DNA from: Escherichia phage vB_EcoM_G2540-3
Reading direction: 5' to 3' (one strand)
Length of the DNA: 64,000 bases
Sequence record: MK327944.1
Shown: piece after piece, positions 21,916 to 41,360 of the stretch
Layout: the number at the start of each line of letters is the position of its first letter
Numbering within the stretch: the stretch's first letter is position 1
The notes under the pieces: generated by a model
Told to the model about the DNA's origin: nothing
The model's database searches: none
What the model saw: the letters and a program-made list of their open reading frames with translations, nothing else
Translations under genes and position numbers: made by a program

Positions 21916-22574
21916 TGAGTTTACTTAATAATAAAGCGGGAGTTATTTCCCGCTTAGCAGATTTTCTTGGTTTTAGAACTAAGAAAAATGATATTTCGGT
22001 TATGAATAATCAGCCAGTAGGCGCTGTAACAATTTCACAAATATCAAAAGGTTTTTATGATTCAAATGTAGAATCTGCTATCAATGACGTTAGAAATATG
22101 GCAGAGCAACCAGTTGGAGCTGTATTAGTTAATATAAGCGGCGTATCTCCTACTGGCGTGCAACAGACCGACTATTGGTCATTTGAAGGAACTGTTACTG
22201 ATACTTCAGTCAAATCAGGTGACCCAGTTATTGTTAACATGTTTGGTATTCCAGTTAAAGCTACTAATGGAATGACTTCAATTGAATTTACTAGTGCCGT
22301 TAGAATAGCTCTACAGGAAATGGTTGTAAAATTTATTGCAATTGATTCATTTGAAGACCATCCTACCATAGGAAATAAAATACAAGTTAAGTATTTAGAT
22401 AACCAAGAACATATCTTAGAACAATACTCTGATAAAGGAATTACTTTCAAACAGGAAATAATTTCTCCTTCTAAACCTGGGTATGGAACTTGGCAATTAT
22501 TAGGTGCGCAAACTGTTACGCTAGATAGTCACACACAACCTACAGTATTTTATTATTTTGAGAGAGTAGCATGA
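21915..22574 (+). CDS. 11: baseplate wedge protein gp11
   Basis: ATG overlapping gene 10 stop gives 219 aa, T4 gp11 size; track ORF starts at upstream in-frame ATG. Confidence 0.8.
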   Translation: MSLLNNKAGVISRLADFLGFRTKKNDISVMNNQPVGAVTISQISKGFYDSNVESAINDVRNMAEQPVGAVLVNISGVSPTGVQQTDYWSFEGTVTDTSVKSGDPVIVNMFGIPVKATNGMTSIEFTSAVRIALQEMVVKFIAIDSFEDHPTIGNKIQVKYLDNQEHILEQYSDKGITFKQEIISPSKPGYGTWQLLGAQTVTLDSHTQPTVFYYFERVA

Positions 22575-24121
22575 GTAACAATACATATCAGCACGTATCA
22601 AATGAATCAAAATATGTTAAATTCGATCCTACTGGATCGAATTTTCCTGGCACTGTTACGACAGTACAGTCTGCATTATCAAAAATAAGTAATATCGGCG
22701 TAAATGGTATTCCTGATGCAACTATGGAAGTTAAAGGAATAGCAATGATTGCGTCAGAACAAGAGGTTTTAGATGGAACTAATAATTCTAAAATCGTTAC
22801 ACCAGCTACATTAGCAACAAGATTATTATATCCAAATGCTACTGAAACTAAATATGGTTTAACGCGTTATTCAACAAATGAAGAAACATTAAAAGGCTCA
22901 GATAATAATTCATCAATAACACCACAAAAACTGAAATACCACACTGACGATGTGTTCCAAAATAGATATTCGTCTGAGTCATCAAACGGGGTTATTAAAA
23001 TATCATCTACACCTGCAGCTTTAGCTGGAGTTGATGATACTACGGCGATGACTCCATTAAAAACGCAAAAACTTGCAATAAAATTAATTTCACAAATAGC
23101 TCCTTCCGAAGATACTGCATCAGAATCTGTGAGAGGTGTAGTTCAATTATCTACTGTTGCGCAAACTCGTCAAGGAACTCTCCGCGAAGGATATGCAATT
23201 TCTCCGTATACCTTTATGAATTCTGTTGCAACACAAGAATATAAGGGTGTTATACGTTTAGGAACACAATCGGAAATTAACAGTAATTTAGGAGATGTTG
23301 CAGTAACAGGTGAAACACTAAATGGTCGAGGAGCTACTGGTTCTATGCGTGGGGTGGTAAAATTAACGACGCAAGCCGGTATTGCCCCTGAAGGTGATAG
23401 CTCTGGTGCATTAGCATGGAACGCAGATGTAATTAATACTCGTGGTGGACAAACTATTAATGGTTCTTTAAATTTAGACCATCTTACAGCAAATGGAATT
23501 TGGTCACGCGGTGGAATGTGGAAAAATGGCGATCAACCTGTTGCCACTGAAAGATATGCGTCCGAACGAGTTCCGGTTGGAACTATTATGATGTTTGCGG
23601 GTGATTCAGCACCTCCAGGTTGGATTATGTGTCATGGTGGAACCGTGTCAGGTGACCAATTTCCTGATTATAGAAACGTAGTTGGAACAAGATTTGGTGG
23701 CGATTGGAATAATCCTGGCGTTCCTGATATGCGAGGTCTTTTCGTCAGAGGAGCCGGCACAGGCGGTCATATTTTAAATCAACGAGGACAAGATGGTTAT
23801 GGAAAGGATAGACTTGGCGTAGGATGTGACGGAATGCATGTTGGTGGTGTTCAAGCACAACAAATGTCATACCATAAACACGCCGGTGGTTGGGGGGAAT
23901 ATAACAGAAGTGAAGGCCCATTTGGCGCGTCTGTTTATCAAGGATATCTTGGAACTAGAAAATATTCCGACTGGGATAATGCTTCATACTTCACTAATGA
24001 TGGATTTGAATTAGGCGGACCGAGAGATGCCCTTGGTACACTTAATCGTGAAGGATTAATTGGTTATGAAACTAGACCATGGAATATATCATTAAACTAT
24101 ATTATTAAAGTTCATTACTAA
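22571..24121 (+). CDS. 12: short tail fibre protein gp12
   Basis: 516 aa; N-terminus [13 protein letters not shown]; position after gene 11. Confidence 0.85.
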   Translation: MSNNTYQHVSNESKYVKFDPTGSNFPGTVTTVQSALSKISNIGVNGIPDATMEVKGIAMIASEQEVLDGTNNSKIVTPATLATRLLYPNATETKYGLTRYSTNEETLKGSDNNSSITPQKLKYHTDDVFQNRYSSESSNGVIKISSTPAALAGVDDTTAMTPLKTQKLAIKLISQIAPSEDTASESVRGVVQLSTVAQTRQGTLREGYAISPYTFMNSVATQEYKGVIRLGTQSEINSNLGDVAVTGETLNGRGATGSMRGVVKLTTQAGIAPEGDSSGALAWNADVINTRGGQTINGSLNLDHLTANGIWSRGGMWKNGDQPVATERYASERVPVGTIMMFAGDSAPPGWIMCHGGTVSGDQFPDYRNVVGTRFGGDWNNPGVPDMRGLFVRGAGTGGHILNQRGQDGYGKDRLGVGCDGMHVGGVQAQQMSYHKHAGGWGEYNRSEGPFGASVYQGYLGTRKYSDWDNASYFTNDGFELGGPRDALGTLNREGLIGYETRPWNISLNYIIKVHY

Positions 24122-25588
<1,467 letters not shown>

Positions 25589-25591
25589 CAT

Positions 25592-25607
25592 GGGGCCGCA
25601 AGGCCCC
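25592..25607 (+). other. RNA hairpin with GCAA tetraloop after wac
   Basis: GGGGCCGCAAGGCCCC; no T-run, so called a hairpin rather than a terminator. Confidence 0.4.
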
Positions 25608-25619
25608 AAAGGATTTTAA

Positions 25620-28130
<2,511 letters not shown>

Positions 28131-28171
28131 TAAATATTATAAACTAATTAAAGCCCAGATTAGGAGAAATC

Positions 28172-31312
<3,141 letters not shown>

Positions 31313-31340
31313 TATTAAAGCATATTAAAGAGGATTAAAA

Positions 31341-33320
31341 ATGACTTTATTATCTCCGGGCATTGAGCTCAAAGAAACTACGGTTCAAAGCACCGTGGTT
31401 AATAACTCTACTGGTACAGCAGCTTTGGCCGGTAAATTCCAGTGGGGTCCTGCTTTTCAGATCAAACAGGTTACAAATGAAGTAGATTTAGTTAATACTT
31501 TTGGTCAACCTACAGCTGAAACTGCTGACTATTTTATGTCTGCAATGAATTTCTTACAATATGGAAATGATTTGCGAGTTGTGCGTGCTGTCGATAGAGA
31601 TACCGCTAAAAACTCATCTCCGATTGCTGGTAATATTGAATACACTATTTCTACCCCAGGTAGTAACTACGCGGTTGGAGATAAAATCACAGTTAAGTAT
31701 GTTTCAGAAGACATTGAAACGGAAGGTAAAATTACCGAAGTAGATGCTGATGGAAAAATTAAGAAAATTAATATTCCTACCGCAAAAATTATCGCTAAAG
31801 CGAAAGAAGTCGGTGAATATCCAGCATTAGGTTCTAACTGGACCGCGGAAATTTCTTCGTCTTCCTCTGGTTTAGCTGCAGTAATAACTCTTGGAAAAAT
31901 TATTACTGATTCTGGTATTTTATTAGCTGAAATTGAAAATGCCGAAGCTGCTATGACAGCGGTTGAATTTCAAACAAATCTCGAAAAATATGGAATTCCA
32001 GGAGTAGTAGCTCTTTATCCAGGCGAGTTGGGCGATAAAATCGAAATCGAAATCGTATCTAAAGCTGACTACGCAAAAGGAGCTTCTGCATTACTCCCAA
32101 TTTATCCAGGTGGCGGAACACGCGCATCTACTGCCAAAGCAGTGTTTGGATATGGACCACAAACTGATTCGCAATACGCTATTATAGTTCGTCGTAATGA
32201 TGCTATTGTTCAAAGCGTTGTTCTTTCAACAAAGCGTGGTGAAAAAGATATTTACGATAGTAACATCTACATTGATGACTTTTTCGCAAAAGGCGGTTCA
32301 GAATATATTTTCGCAACTGCACAAAACTGGCCAGAAGGATTCTCTGGAATTTTAACTCTGTCTGGTGGATTATCATCAAATGCTGAAGTAACAGCAGGAG
32401 ATTTGATGGAAGCTTGGGACTTCTTTGCTGACCGTGAATCTGTTGACGTTCAGTTGTTTATTGCGGGTTCTTGTGCCGGTGAATCTTTAGAAACAGCATC
32501 TACTGTCCAAAAACACGTCGTTTCAATTGGGGATGCTCGCCAGGATTGCTTAGTATTGTGCTCACCACCGCGCGAAACTATAGTTGGAATTCCTGTAACT
32601 CGCGCTGTTGATAACTTAGTCAATTGGAGAACCGCAACAGGTTCATACACTGATAATAACTTTAATATCAGTTCAACCTACGCAGCAATTGATGGTAACT
32701 ACAAATATCAGTATGACAAATATAATGATGTCAATCGCTGGGTTCCATTAGCAGCTGATATTGCCGGTTTATGTGCAAGAACCGATAACGTTTCTCAGAC
32801 TTGGATGTCTCCAGCTGGTTATAATCGCGGCCAGATTCTTAACGTTATTAAACTTGCTATTGAAACTCGCCAAGCTCAGCGCGACCGTTTATATCAAGAA
32901 GCTATCAACCCAGTAACTGGTACAGGTGGTGATGGTTACGTATTATATGGTGATAAAACAGCTACTTCTGTTCCTTCTCCATTTGATCGTATTAACGTTC
33001 GTCGTCTGTTTAATATGTTGAAAACGAATATCGGACGTAGTTCAAAATATCGTTTGTTCGAATTAAACAACGCGTTTACTCGTTCATCATTCCGCACAGA
33101 AACTGCCCAATACTTACAGGGAATTAAAGCTCTCGGTGGAATTTATGAATATCGTGTAGTTTGCGATACAACAAATAACACTCCGTCAGTAATTGATAGA
33201 AATGAGTTTGTTGCAACATTCTACATCCAACCGGCGCGCAGTATAAATTATATTACTTTGAATTTCGTCGCAACTGCTACTGGTGCAGACTTCGATGAGT
33301 TAACTGGTCTTGCAGGTTAA
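31341..33320 (+). CDS. 18: tail sheath protein gp18
   Basis: 659 aa, T4 gp18 size. Confidence 0.9.
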   Translation: MTLLSPGIELKETTVQSTVVNNSTGTAALAGKFQWGPAFQIKQVTNEVDLVNTFGQPTAETADYFMSAMNFLQYGNDLRVVRAVDRDTAKNSSPIAGNIEYTISTPGSNYAVGDKITVKYVSEDIETEGKITEVDADGKIKKINIPTAKIIAKAKEVGEYPALGSNWTAEISSSSSGLAAVITLGKIITDSGILLAEIENAEAAMTAVEFQTNLEKYGIPGVVALYPGELGDKIEIEIVSKADYAKGASALLPIYPGGGTRASTAKAVFGYGPQTDSQYAIIVRRNDAIVQSVVLSTKRGEKDIYDSNIYIDDFFAKGGSEYIFATAQNWPEGFSGILTLSGGLSSNAEVTAGDLMEAWDFFADRESVDVQLFIAGSCAGESLETASTVQKHVVSIGDARQDCLVLCSPPRETIVGIPVTRAVDNLVNWRTATGSYTDNNFNISSTYAAIDGNYKYQYDKYNDVNRWVPLAADIAGLCARTDNVSQTWMSPAGYNRGQILNVIKLAIETRQAQRDRLYQEAINPVTGTGGDGYVLYGDKTATSVPSPFDRINVRRLFNMLKTNIGRSSKYRLFELNNAFTRSSFRTETAQYLQGIKALGGIYEYRVVCDTTNNTPSVIDRNEFVATFYIQPARSINYITLNFVATATGADFDELTGLAG

Positions 33321-33328
33321 TTGATTAT

Positions 33329-33342
33329 GGGGCTTCGGCCCC
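33329..33342 (+). other. RNA hairpin with UUCG tetraloop after gene 18
   Basis: GGGGCTTCGGCCCC immediately after gene 18 stop. Confidence 0.5.
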
Positions 33343-33359
33343 TATTCTCGAGGAAACAA

Positions 33360-33977
33360 GTGATTATTTCTAAGTTTGTTAAAGTGAAAATTGTACCATC
33401 AAATTTTAAACATTATCAATCAAAGGGTTATAAATTAACACCTCTTGGAGCGGTTAAACATGGATTTAGGTATTATGAAATTGATGTTAAAGTTGAAGAC
33501 ATTAAAGGTAGTACCGCGTATGTAAAATGTCGTTGCGATAAATGTGGAATTGAATATAACCAACGCATTGGAAGAAACACTGATATTTGTCGTGATTGCT
33601 GTCATAAAGATAAAATGCGCAATAATTCATATGGTTCCGCGAATAAAGGAAAAACAGTAGAATGTATGCATGGCGTAAATCATCCAAGATGGAACCCAAA
33701 TAAATCTGAAATGCGTGAATATATTTCATTGGTATATAAAGAAACTCGTAAGCATAAGAAAATTTGGTCAAAATGGCCAAATGCTGATAAAATAGGAGTG
33801 TGTGGTACAAAAGGTGCTTACCAACTTGATCATAAGGTATCTATCAAATACGGTTTTGATAATTTAATTCCTGCTAAAATAATTGGCGGTATTAATAATT
33901 TAGAAATAATCACTTGGGAATCTAACCGAGAAAAATCAAAAAGAAATAGTGTAGATCTTTGGGATTTACTAGAATGA
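33360..33977 (+). CDS. HNH-family endonuclease-like protein inserted between genes 18 and 19
   Basis: Cys-rich region CRCDKCG...CRDCCH; HNH-like QLDHKVSIKYGF...NLEIITWESNREK; likely GTG start at 33360 with GAGGAAA RBS (track ORF starts 33321). Confidence 0.6.
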   Translation: MIISKFVKVKIVPSNFKHYQSKGYKLTPLGAVKHGFRYYEIDVKVEDIKGSTAYVKCRCDKCGIEYNQRIGRNTDICRDCCHKDKMRNNSYGSANKGKTVECMHGVNHPRWNPNKSEMREYISLVYKETRKHKKIWSKWPNADKIGVCGTKGAYQLDHKVSIKYGFDNLIPAKIIGGINNLEIITWESNREKSKRNSVDLWDLLE

Positions 33978-33984
33978 TTCTAAA

Positions 33985-34002
33985 GGCCTGTTTCGGCAGG
34001 CC
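33985..34002 (+). other. hairpin after the 18/19 endonuclease gene
   Basis: GGCCTG-tttcgg-CAGGCC. Confidence 0.35.
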
Positions 34003-34003
34003 A

Positions 34004-34011
34004 TATAAATA
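34004..34011 (+). promoter_or_regulatory. late promoter TATAAATA (distal) for gene 19
   Basis: Exact motif. Confidence 0.5.
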
Positions 34012-34062
34012 CACTATATCCTTAATTCTTTAATTCTATATGCCCTAGGTTAAACATAGGGA

Positions 34063-34070
34063 TATAAATA
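34063..34070 (+). promoter_or_regulatory. late promoter TATAAATA (proximal) for gene 19
   Basis: Exact motif 15 bp upstream of gene 19 ATG. Confidence 0.6.
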
Positions 34071-34084
34071 CTACAGAGGCTAAT

Positions 34085-34576
34085 ATGTTTGTAGATGATG
34101 TAACACGAGCGTTTGAATCTGGTGATTTTGCTCGACCTAACTTATTCCAAGTAGAAATTTCTTATCTTGGACAAAATTTTACGTTTCAATGTAAAGCCAC
34201 TGCTTTACCAGCTGGTATTGTAGAAAAAATTCCAGTCGGATTTATGAACCGTAAAATTAACGTAGCAGGCGATCGTACATTCGATGACTGGACTATTACA
34301 GTAATGAATGATGAGGCGCATGATGCACGCCAGAAGTTTGTTGACTGGCAAAGCATTGCTGCTGGGCAAGGAAACGAAATTACTGGTGGAAAACCAGCAG
34401 AGTATAAAAAGAGTGCTATTGTACGCCAATATGCTCGTGACGCTAAAACTGTAACAAAAGAAGTCGAAATTAAAGGCCTGTGGCCTACTAACGTGGGTGA
34501 ACTTCAGTTAGATTGGGATTCAAACAATGAAATCCAAACCTTTGAAGTAACTCTCGCTCTCGATTATTGGGAATAA
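34085..34576 (+). CDS. 19: tail tube protein gp19
   Basis: 163 aa, T4 gp19 size. Confidence 0.9.
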   Translation: MFVDDVTRAFESGDFARPNLFQVEISYLGQNFTFQCKATALPAGIVEKIPVGFMNRKINVAGDRTFDDWTITVMNDEAHDARQKFVDWQSIAAGQGNEITGGKPAEYKKSAIVRQYARDAKTVTKEVEIKGLWPTNVGELQLDWDSNNEIQTFEVTLALDYWE

Positions 34577-34582
34577 AATGAA

Positions 34583-34598
34583 TGGGGAGAAATCCCCA
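34583..34598 (+). other. RNA hairpin with GAAA tetraloop after gene 19
   Basis: TGGGGAGAAATCCCCA. Confidence 0.45.
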
Positions 34599-34608
34599 TC
34601 CTGCTTAA

Positions 34609-36233
<1,625 letters not shown>

Positions 36234-36234
<1 letters not shown>

Positions 36235-36476
36235 TGGAAGGTTTAATTGAAGCTATTAAATCAAACGACCTCGTAGCCGCTCGTAAATTATTTGCTGAAG
36301 CCATGGCTGCAAGAACGATTGATTTAATTAAAGAAGAAAAAATCGCTATCGCTCGTAATTTCTTAATCGAAGGTGAAGAACCTGAAGACGAGAATGATGA
36401 CGAAGATGGTGATGATAAAGACGACAAAAAAGACAAAGACTCTGACGAAGATGACGAAGACGAGGATGATGAATAA
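36234..36476 (+). CDS. 67: prohead core protein gp67
   Basis: 80 aa with poly-acidic tail ([33 protein letters not shown]). Confidence 0.8.
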
Positions 36477-36901
36477 TGCTTCTGATCCCTGAAACTCATG
36501 AATTAGTTCTCGAGAATGTCGAAGCACTTATTCCTGAAGCACAGGGTCGCTTTGACGAATTGTCTTCTGCTTTAAATAAAGACGATATAAATACAATTGT
36601 CGAGAATATGCTTGATGATGAAACTGATTTAGCAGTTGCATTAGCTTCTATTAATGAAAATATGCCGTTAAATGAATTCATTGTTAAGCACGTTTCAGCT
36701 CGTGGTGAAATTACACGTACTAAAGATCGCAAAACACGCGAACGTAATGCATTTCAAACCACTGGGCTGTCTAAAGCAAAACGTAGACAAATTGCTCGCA
36801 AAGCTACCAAAACGAAGATTGCCAATCCAGCAGGTCAATCTCGTGCTCAGCGTAAGCGTAAAAAAGCTCTTAAACGCCGTAAAGCATTAGGATTAAGCTA
36901 A
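36476..36901 (+). CDS. 68: prohead core protein gp68
   Basis: 141 aa with basic C-terminus; between 67 and 21. Confidence 0.8.
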
Positions 36902-37539
36902 TGAATGAACCCCAATTACTAATTGAAACTTGGGGTCAACCTGGCGAAATTATTGATGGTGTGCCAATGCTCGAATCCCACGATGGAAAAGACTTAGGTT
37001 TAAAACCTGGTTTATACATCGAAGGAATATTCATGCAAGCGGAAGTCGTCAATAGAAATAAACGTCTTTATCCAAAACGCATATTAGAAAAAGCGGTAAA
37101 AGACTATATTAATGAGCAAGTTTTAACTAAACAAGCTCTCGGAGAATTAAATCATCCTCCACGCGCTAATGTTGACCCAATGCAAGCTGCTATCATTATA
37201 GAAGATATGTGGTGGAAAGGAAATGACGTATACGGACGAGCTCGTGTTATTGAAGGCGACCACGGTCCTGGAGATAAATTAGCAGCTAATATTCGTGCCG
37301 GATGGATTCCAGGAGTTTCTTCTCGTGGATTAGGTTCATTGACTGACACAAATAAAGGTTATCGTATCGTAAACGAAGGATTCAAATTAACTGTAGGTGT
37401 TGATGCAGTATGGGGTCCAAGTGCTCCAGATGCATGGGTAACTCCTAAGGAAATTACCGAATCACAGACGGCGGAAGCCGATACAAGTGCCGATGACGCC
37501 TATATGGCTCTCGCAGAGGCCATGAAAAAAGCGTTATAA
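36901..37539 (+). CDS. 21: prohead core protease gp21
   Basis: 212 aa, T4 gp21 size and position. Confidence 0.85.
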   Translation: MNEPQLLIETWGQPGEIIDGVPMLESHDGKDLGLKPGLYIEGIFMQAEVVNRNKRLYPKRILEKAVKDYINEQVLTKQALGELNHPPRANVDPMQAAIIIEDMWWKGNDVYGRARVIEGDHGPGDKLAANIRAGWIPGVSSRGLGSLTDTNKGYRIVNEGFKLTVGVDAVWGPSAPDAWVTPKEITESQTAEADTSADDAYMALAEAMKKAL

Positions 37540-37542
37540 ATA
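37535..37542 (+). promoter_or_regulatory. late promoter TATAAATA for gene 22
   Basis: Exact motif 28 bp upstream of gene 22 ATG. Confidence 0.65.
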
Positions 37543-37569
37543 TTATTATCTAAACAACAGGACTACAAA

Positions 37570-38379
37570 ATGCTTAAAGAACAACTGATTGCTGAAGCGC
37601 AAAAAATTGATGCTTCCGTTGCTCTTGATAGTATTTTCGAATCAGTTAATATTTCTCCGGAAGCAAAAGAAACTTTCGGCACTGTATTCGAAGCTACCGT
37701 CAAGCAGCACGCCGTTAAATTAGCTGAATCTCATATCGCTAAAATTGCTGAAAAAGCAGAAGAAGAAGTAGAAAAAAATAAAGAAGAAGCCGAAGAAAAA
37801 GCTGAGAAGAAAATCGCTGAGCAAGCTTCTAAATTCATCGACCATCTTGCGAAAGAATGGCTCGCTGAAAATAAATTAGCAGTTGATAAAGGCATCAAAG
37901 CCGAATTGTTTGAATCCATGCTTGGTGGATTAAAAGAGCTCTTTGTTGAACACAACGTTGTTGTTCCAGAAGAATCAGTTGATGTTGTGGCTGAAATGGA
38001 AGAAGAGCTGCAAGAACATAAAGAAGAATCAGCTCGTCTGTTCGAAGAACTCAATATGCGCGACGCATATATCAATTATGTGCAGCGTGAAGTGGCATTG
38101 AGCGAAAGTACTAAAGATCTGACTGAGTCTCAAAAAGAAAAAGTCTCTGCTCTGGTCGAAGGTATGGATTATTCAGATGAATTCTCAAATAAATTGAGTG
38201 CCATCGTAGAAATGGTGAAGAAGTCTAATAAAGATGAAAGCACTATTACTGAGGGTATAAATACTCCTGATACTGAAGCAGCCGGACTGAATTTCGTCAC
38301 TGAAGCTGTAGAAGATAAAGCTGCACCTGGTGCAGAAGATATTGTAAGTGTATATGCGAAAGTCGCATCTCGTTTCTAA
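37570..38379 (+). CDS. 22: prohead core scaffold protein gp22
   Basis: 269 aa, acidic coiled coil. Confidence 0.85.
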   Translation: MLKEQLIAEAQKIDASVALDSIFESVNISPEAKETFGTVFEATVKQHAVKLAESHIAKIAEKAEEEVEKNKEEAEEKAEKKIAEQASKFIDHLAKEWLAENKLAVDKGIKAELFESMLGGLKELFVEHNVVVPEESVDVVAEMEEELQEHKEESARLFEELNMRDAYINYVQREVALSESTKDLTESQKEKVSALVEGMDYSDEFSNKLSAIVEMVKKSNKDESTITEGINTPDTEAAGLNFVTEAVEDKAAPGAEDIVSVYAKVASRF

Positions 38380-38397
38380 TTTTAAAGGTTAACACAA

Positions 38398-39963
38398 ATG
38401 ACTATCAAAACTAAAGCTGAACTTTTGAACAAATGGAAGCCATTACTGGAAGGTGAAGGTTTACCGGAAATTGCTAATAGCAAACAAGCGATTATCGCTA
38501 AAATCTTTGAAAACCAGGAAAAAGATTTCCAGACAGCTCCAGAGTACAAAGACGAAAAAATTGCTCAGGCATTCGGTTCTTTCTTAACAGAAGCTGAAAT
38601 CGGTGGTGACCACGGTTACAACGCTACTAACATCGCTGCAGGTCAGACTTCTGGCGCAGTAACTCAGATTGGCCCAGCTGTTATGGGTATGGTACGTCGT
38701 GCTATTCCTAACCTGATTGCTTTCGATATTTGCGGTGTTCAGCCGATGAACAGCCCAACTGGTCAGGTATTCGCACTGCGCGCAGTATATGGTAAAGACC
38801 CAATCGCTTCCGGTGCTAAAGAAGCATTCCACCCAATGTATGGTCCAGATGCAATGTTCTCTGGTCAGGGTGCTGCTAAGAAATTCACAGCTCTGGCTGC
38901 TAGCACACAAACCACAGAAGGTGATATCTATACTCACTTCTTCCAGGACACTGGTACTGTGTATCTGCAGGCTTCTGCTGTAGTAACAATCGATGCTGGC
39001 GCAACTGATGCAGCTAAATTAGATGCTGAAATTAAGAAACAAATGGAAGCTGGTGCACTGGTAGAAATCGCTGAAGGTATGGCTACTTCTATCGCTGAAC
39101 TTCAGGAAAGTTTCAACGGTTCCACCGATAACCCATGGAATGAAATGGGCTTCCGTATCGATAAACAAGTTATCGAAGCTAAATCTCGTCAGCTGAAAGC
39201 TGCTTACTCTATCGAATTAGCACAAGACCTCCGCGCTGTTCACGGTATGGATGCTGATGCTGAACTGTCTGGTATTCTGGCTACCGAAATCATGCTGGAA
39301 ATCAACCGTGAAGTTGTTGATTGGATTAACTACTCAGCTCAGGTTGGTAAATCTGGTATGACCCTGACTCCGGGTTCTAAAGCTGGTGTATTTGACTTCC
39401 AGGATCCGATTGATATTCGTGGTGCTCGCTGGGCGGGTGAATCCTTTAAAGCTCTGTTGTTCCAGATTGACAAAGAAGCAGTTGAAATTGCTCGTCAGAC
39501 CGGTCGTGGTGAAGGTAACTTCATCATCGCTTCCCGTAACGTAGTTAACGTTCTGGCTTCAGTTGATACTGGCATTTCTTATGCTGCACAGGGTCTGGCT
39601 ACCGGCTTTAACACTGATACTACCAAGTCAGTATTTGCTGGTGTTCTGGGTGGTAAATACCGTGTATATATCGACCAGTATGCTAAACAGGATTATTTCA
39701 CTGTAGGTTATAAAGGTCCGAACGAAATGGATGCTGGTATTTACTATGCTCCATATGTAGCTCTGACTCCGCTGCGTGGTTCCGATCCGAAGAACTTCCA
39801 ACCAGTAATGGGATTCAAAACTCGTTACGGTATCGGTATCAACCCATTTGCAGAATCCGCTGCTCAGGCTCCGGCTTCTCGCATCCAGAGCGGTATGCCT
39901 TCTATTCTGAATAGCCTTGGTAAAAACGCTTACTTCCGCCGTGTATATGTTAAAGGTATCTAA
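38398..39963 (+). CDS. 23: major capsid protein gp23
   Basis: 521 aa; N-terminus MTIKTKAELLNKWKPLLEGEGLPEIANSKQAIIAKIFENQEKDFQ matches T4 gp23 as I remember it. Confidence 0.95.
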   Translation: MTIKTKAELLNKWKPLLEGEGLPEIANSKQAIIAKIFENQEKDFQTAPEYKDEKIAQAFGSFLTEAEIGGDHGYNATNIAAGQTSGAVTQIGPAVMGMVRRAIPNLIAFDICGVQPMNSPTGQVFALRAVYGKDPIASGAKEAFHPMYGPDAMFSGQGAAKKFTALAASTQTTEGDIYTHFFQDTGTVYLQASAVVTIDAGATDAAKLDAEIKKQMEAGALVEIAEGMATSIAELQESFNGSTDNPWNEMGFRIDKQVIEAKSRQLKAAYSIELAQDLRAVHGMDADAELSGILATEIMLEINREVVDWINYSAQVGKSGMTLTPGSKAGVFDFQDPIDIRGARWAGESFKALLFQIDKEAVEIARQTGRGEGNFIIASRNVVNVLASVDTGISYAAQGLATGFNTDTTKSVFAGVLGGKYRVYIDQYAKQDYFTVGYKGPNEMDAGIYYAPYVALTPLRGSDPKNFQPVMGFKTRYGIGINPFAESAAQAPASRIQSGMPSILNSLGKNAYFRRVYVKGI

Positions 39964-39977
39964 TCTTTGACGATTTA

Positions 39978-40008
39978 AGGGACCTTCGGGTCCCTTTAGT
40001 TGTTTTTA
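39978..40008 (+). terminator. terminator hairpin after gene 23
   Basis: AGGGACC-TTCG-GGTCCCT followed by a T-rich run. Confidence 0.65.
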
Positions 40009-40011
40009 TGG

Positions 40012-40019
40012 TATAAATA
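40012..40019 (+). promoter_or_regulatory. late promoter TATAAATA for gene 24
   Basis: Exact motif 27 bp upstream of gene 24 ATG. Confidence 0.65.
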
Positions 40020-40046
40020 AATCATATAAACCAAAAGGAAAGCGCA

Positions 40047-41330
40047 ATGGCTAAAATCAACGAACTTCTGCGCGAATCAACCACAACGAATAGCAACTCA
40101 ATCGGTCGCCCAAATCTCGTTGCTTTGACTCGCGCTACCACTAAATTAATATATTCTGACATTGTAGCAACGCAAAGAACTAATCAACCTGTTGCTGCTT
40201 TTTATGGTATCAAATACCTTAATCCAGATAACGAATTTACTTTTAAAACTGGTGCTACTTACGCTGGCGAAGCTGGGTACGTAGACAGAGAACAAATCAC
40301 AGAATTAACAGAAGAGTCTAAATTAACTCTCAATAAAGGCGATTTATTCAAATATAATAATATCGTTTATAAAGTATTAGAAGATACACCATTTGCTACT
40401 ATTGAAGAAAGCGATTTAGAATTAGCTCTTCAGATTGCAATTGTTCTTTTAAAGGTTCGTCTATTTTCTGACGCAGCGTCAACGAGCAAATTTGAAAGCT
40501 CTGATAGCGAAATTGCGGATGCTAGATTCCAGATTAATAAATGGCAAACTGCAGTTAAATCTCGTAAACTTAAAACTGGCATCACAGTTGAATTGGCACA
40601 AGATTTAGAAGCAAATGGATTCGATGCTCCTAATTTCTTGGAAGATTTGCTTGCAACTGAAATGGCAGATGAAATTAATAAAGATATTCTACAGTCTTTG
40701 ATTACAGTATCAAAACGCTATAAAGTTACAGGAATTACTGATACCGGATTCATTGATTTGAGTTATGCATCTGCACCTGAAGCTGGTCGTTCATTATACC
40801 GAATGGTGTGTGAAATGGTTTCACATATCCAGAAAGAATCAACTTACACAGCAACGTTCTGTGTTGCTTCAGCTCGTGCCGCCGCGATTCTTGCTGCATC
40901 AGGTTGGTTAAAACATAAACCAGAAGATGACAAATATCTTTCACAAAATGCCTACGGGTTCTTAGCTAATGGTTTACCGCTTTATTGTGATACTAACAGC
41001 CCATTAGATTATGTAATCGTTGGTGTGGTAGAAAATATTGGCGAAAAAGAAATTGTTGGATCAATTTTCTATGCTCCGTATACAGAAGGTCTTGACTTAG
41101 ATGACCCTGAACATGTAGGTGCATTTAAAGTTGTAGTTGATCCAGAAAGTTTGCAGCCATCTATCGGTTTATTAGTTAGATATGCTTTATCTGCAAATCC
41201 TTACACTGTAGCAAAAGATGAAAAAGAAGCAAGAATAATTGATGGTGGAGACATGGATAAAATGGCGGGTCGTTCAGATTTGTCTGTTTTATTAGGTGTT
41301 AAGCTACCAAAAATTATCGTTGATGAATAA
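40047..41330 (+). CDS. 24: capsid vertex protein gp24
   Basis: 427 aa, gp23 paralog position. Confidence 0.9.
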   Translation: MAKINELLRESTTTNSNSIGRPNLVALTRATTKLIYSDIVATQRTNQPVAAFYGIKYLNPDNEFTFKTGATYAGEAGYVDREQITELTEESKLTLNKGDLFKYNNIVYKVLEDTPFATIEESDLELALQIAIVLLKVRLFSDAASTSKFESSDSEIADARFQINKWQTAVKSRKLKTGITVELAQDLEANGFDAPNFLEDLLATEMADEINKDILQSLITVSKRYKVTGITDTGFIDLSYASAPEAGRSLYRMVCEMVSHIQKESTYTATFCVASARAAAILAASGWLKHKPEDDKYLSQNAYGFLANGLPLYCDTNSPLDYVIVGVVENIGEKEIVGSIFYAPYTEGLDLDDPEHVGAFKVVVDPESLQPSIGLLVRYALSANPYTVAKDEKEARIIDGGDMDKMAGRSDLSVLLGVKLPKIIVDE

Positions 41331-41333
41331 AAC

Positions 41334-41360
41334 AAAGGGACCTTTCGGTCCCTTTTTATT
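41334..41360. terminator. bidirectional terminator between convergent genes 24 and rnlB
   Basis: AAAGGGACC-TTTC-GGTCCCTTT with T-runs. Confidence 0.7.

Noticed and set aside
25592-25607. Terminator call for the hairpin after wac
   Set aside because: No U-run follows; kept only as an RNA hairpin.
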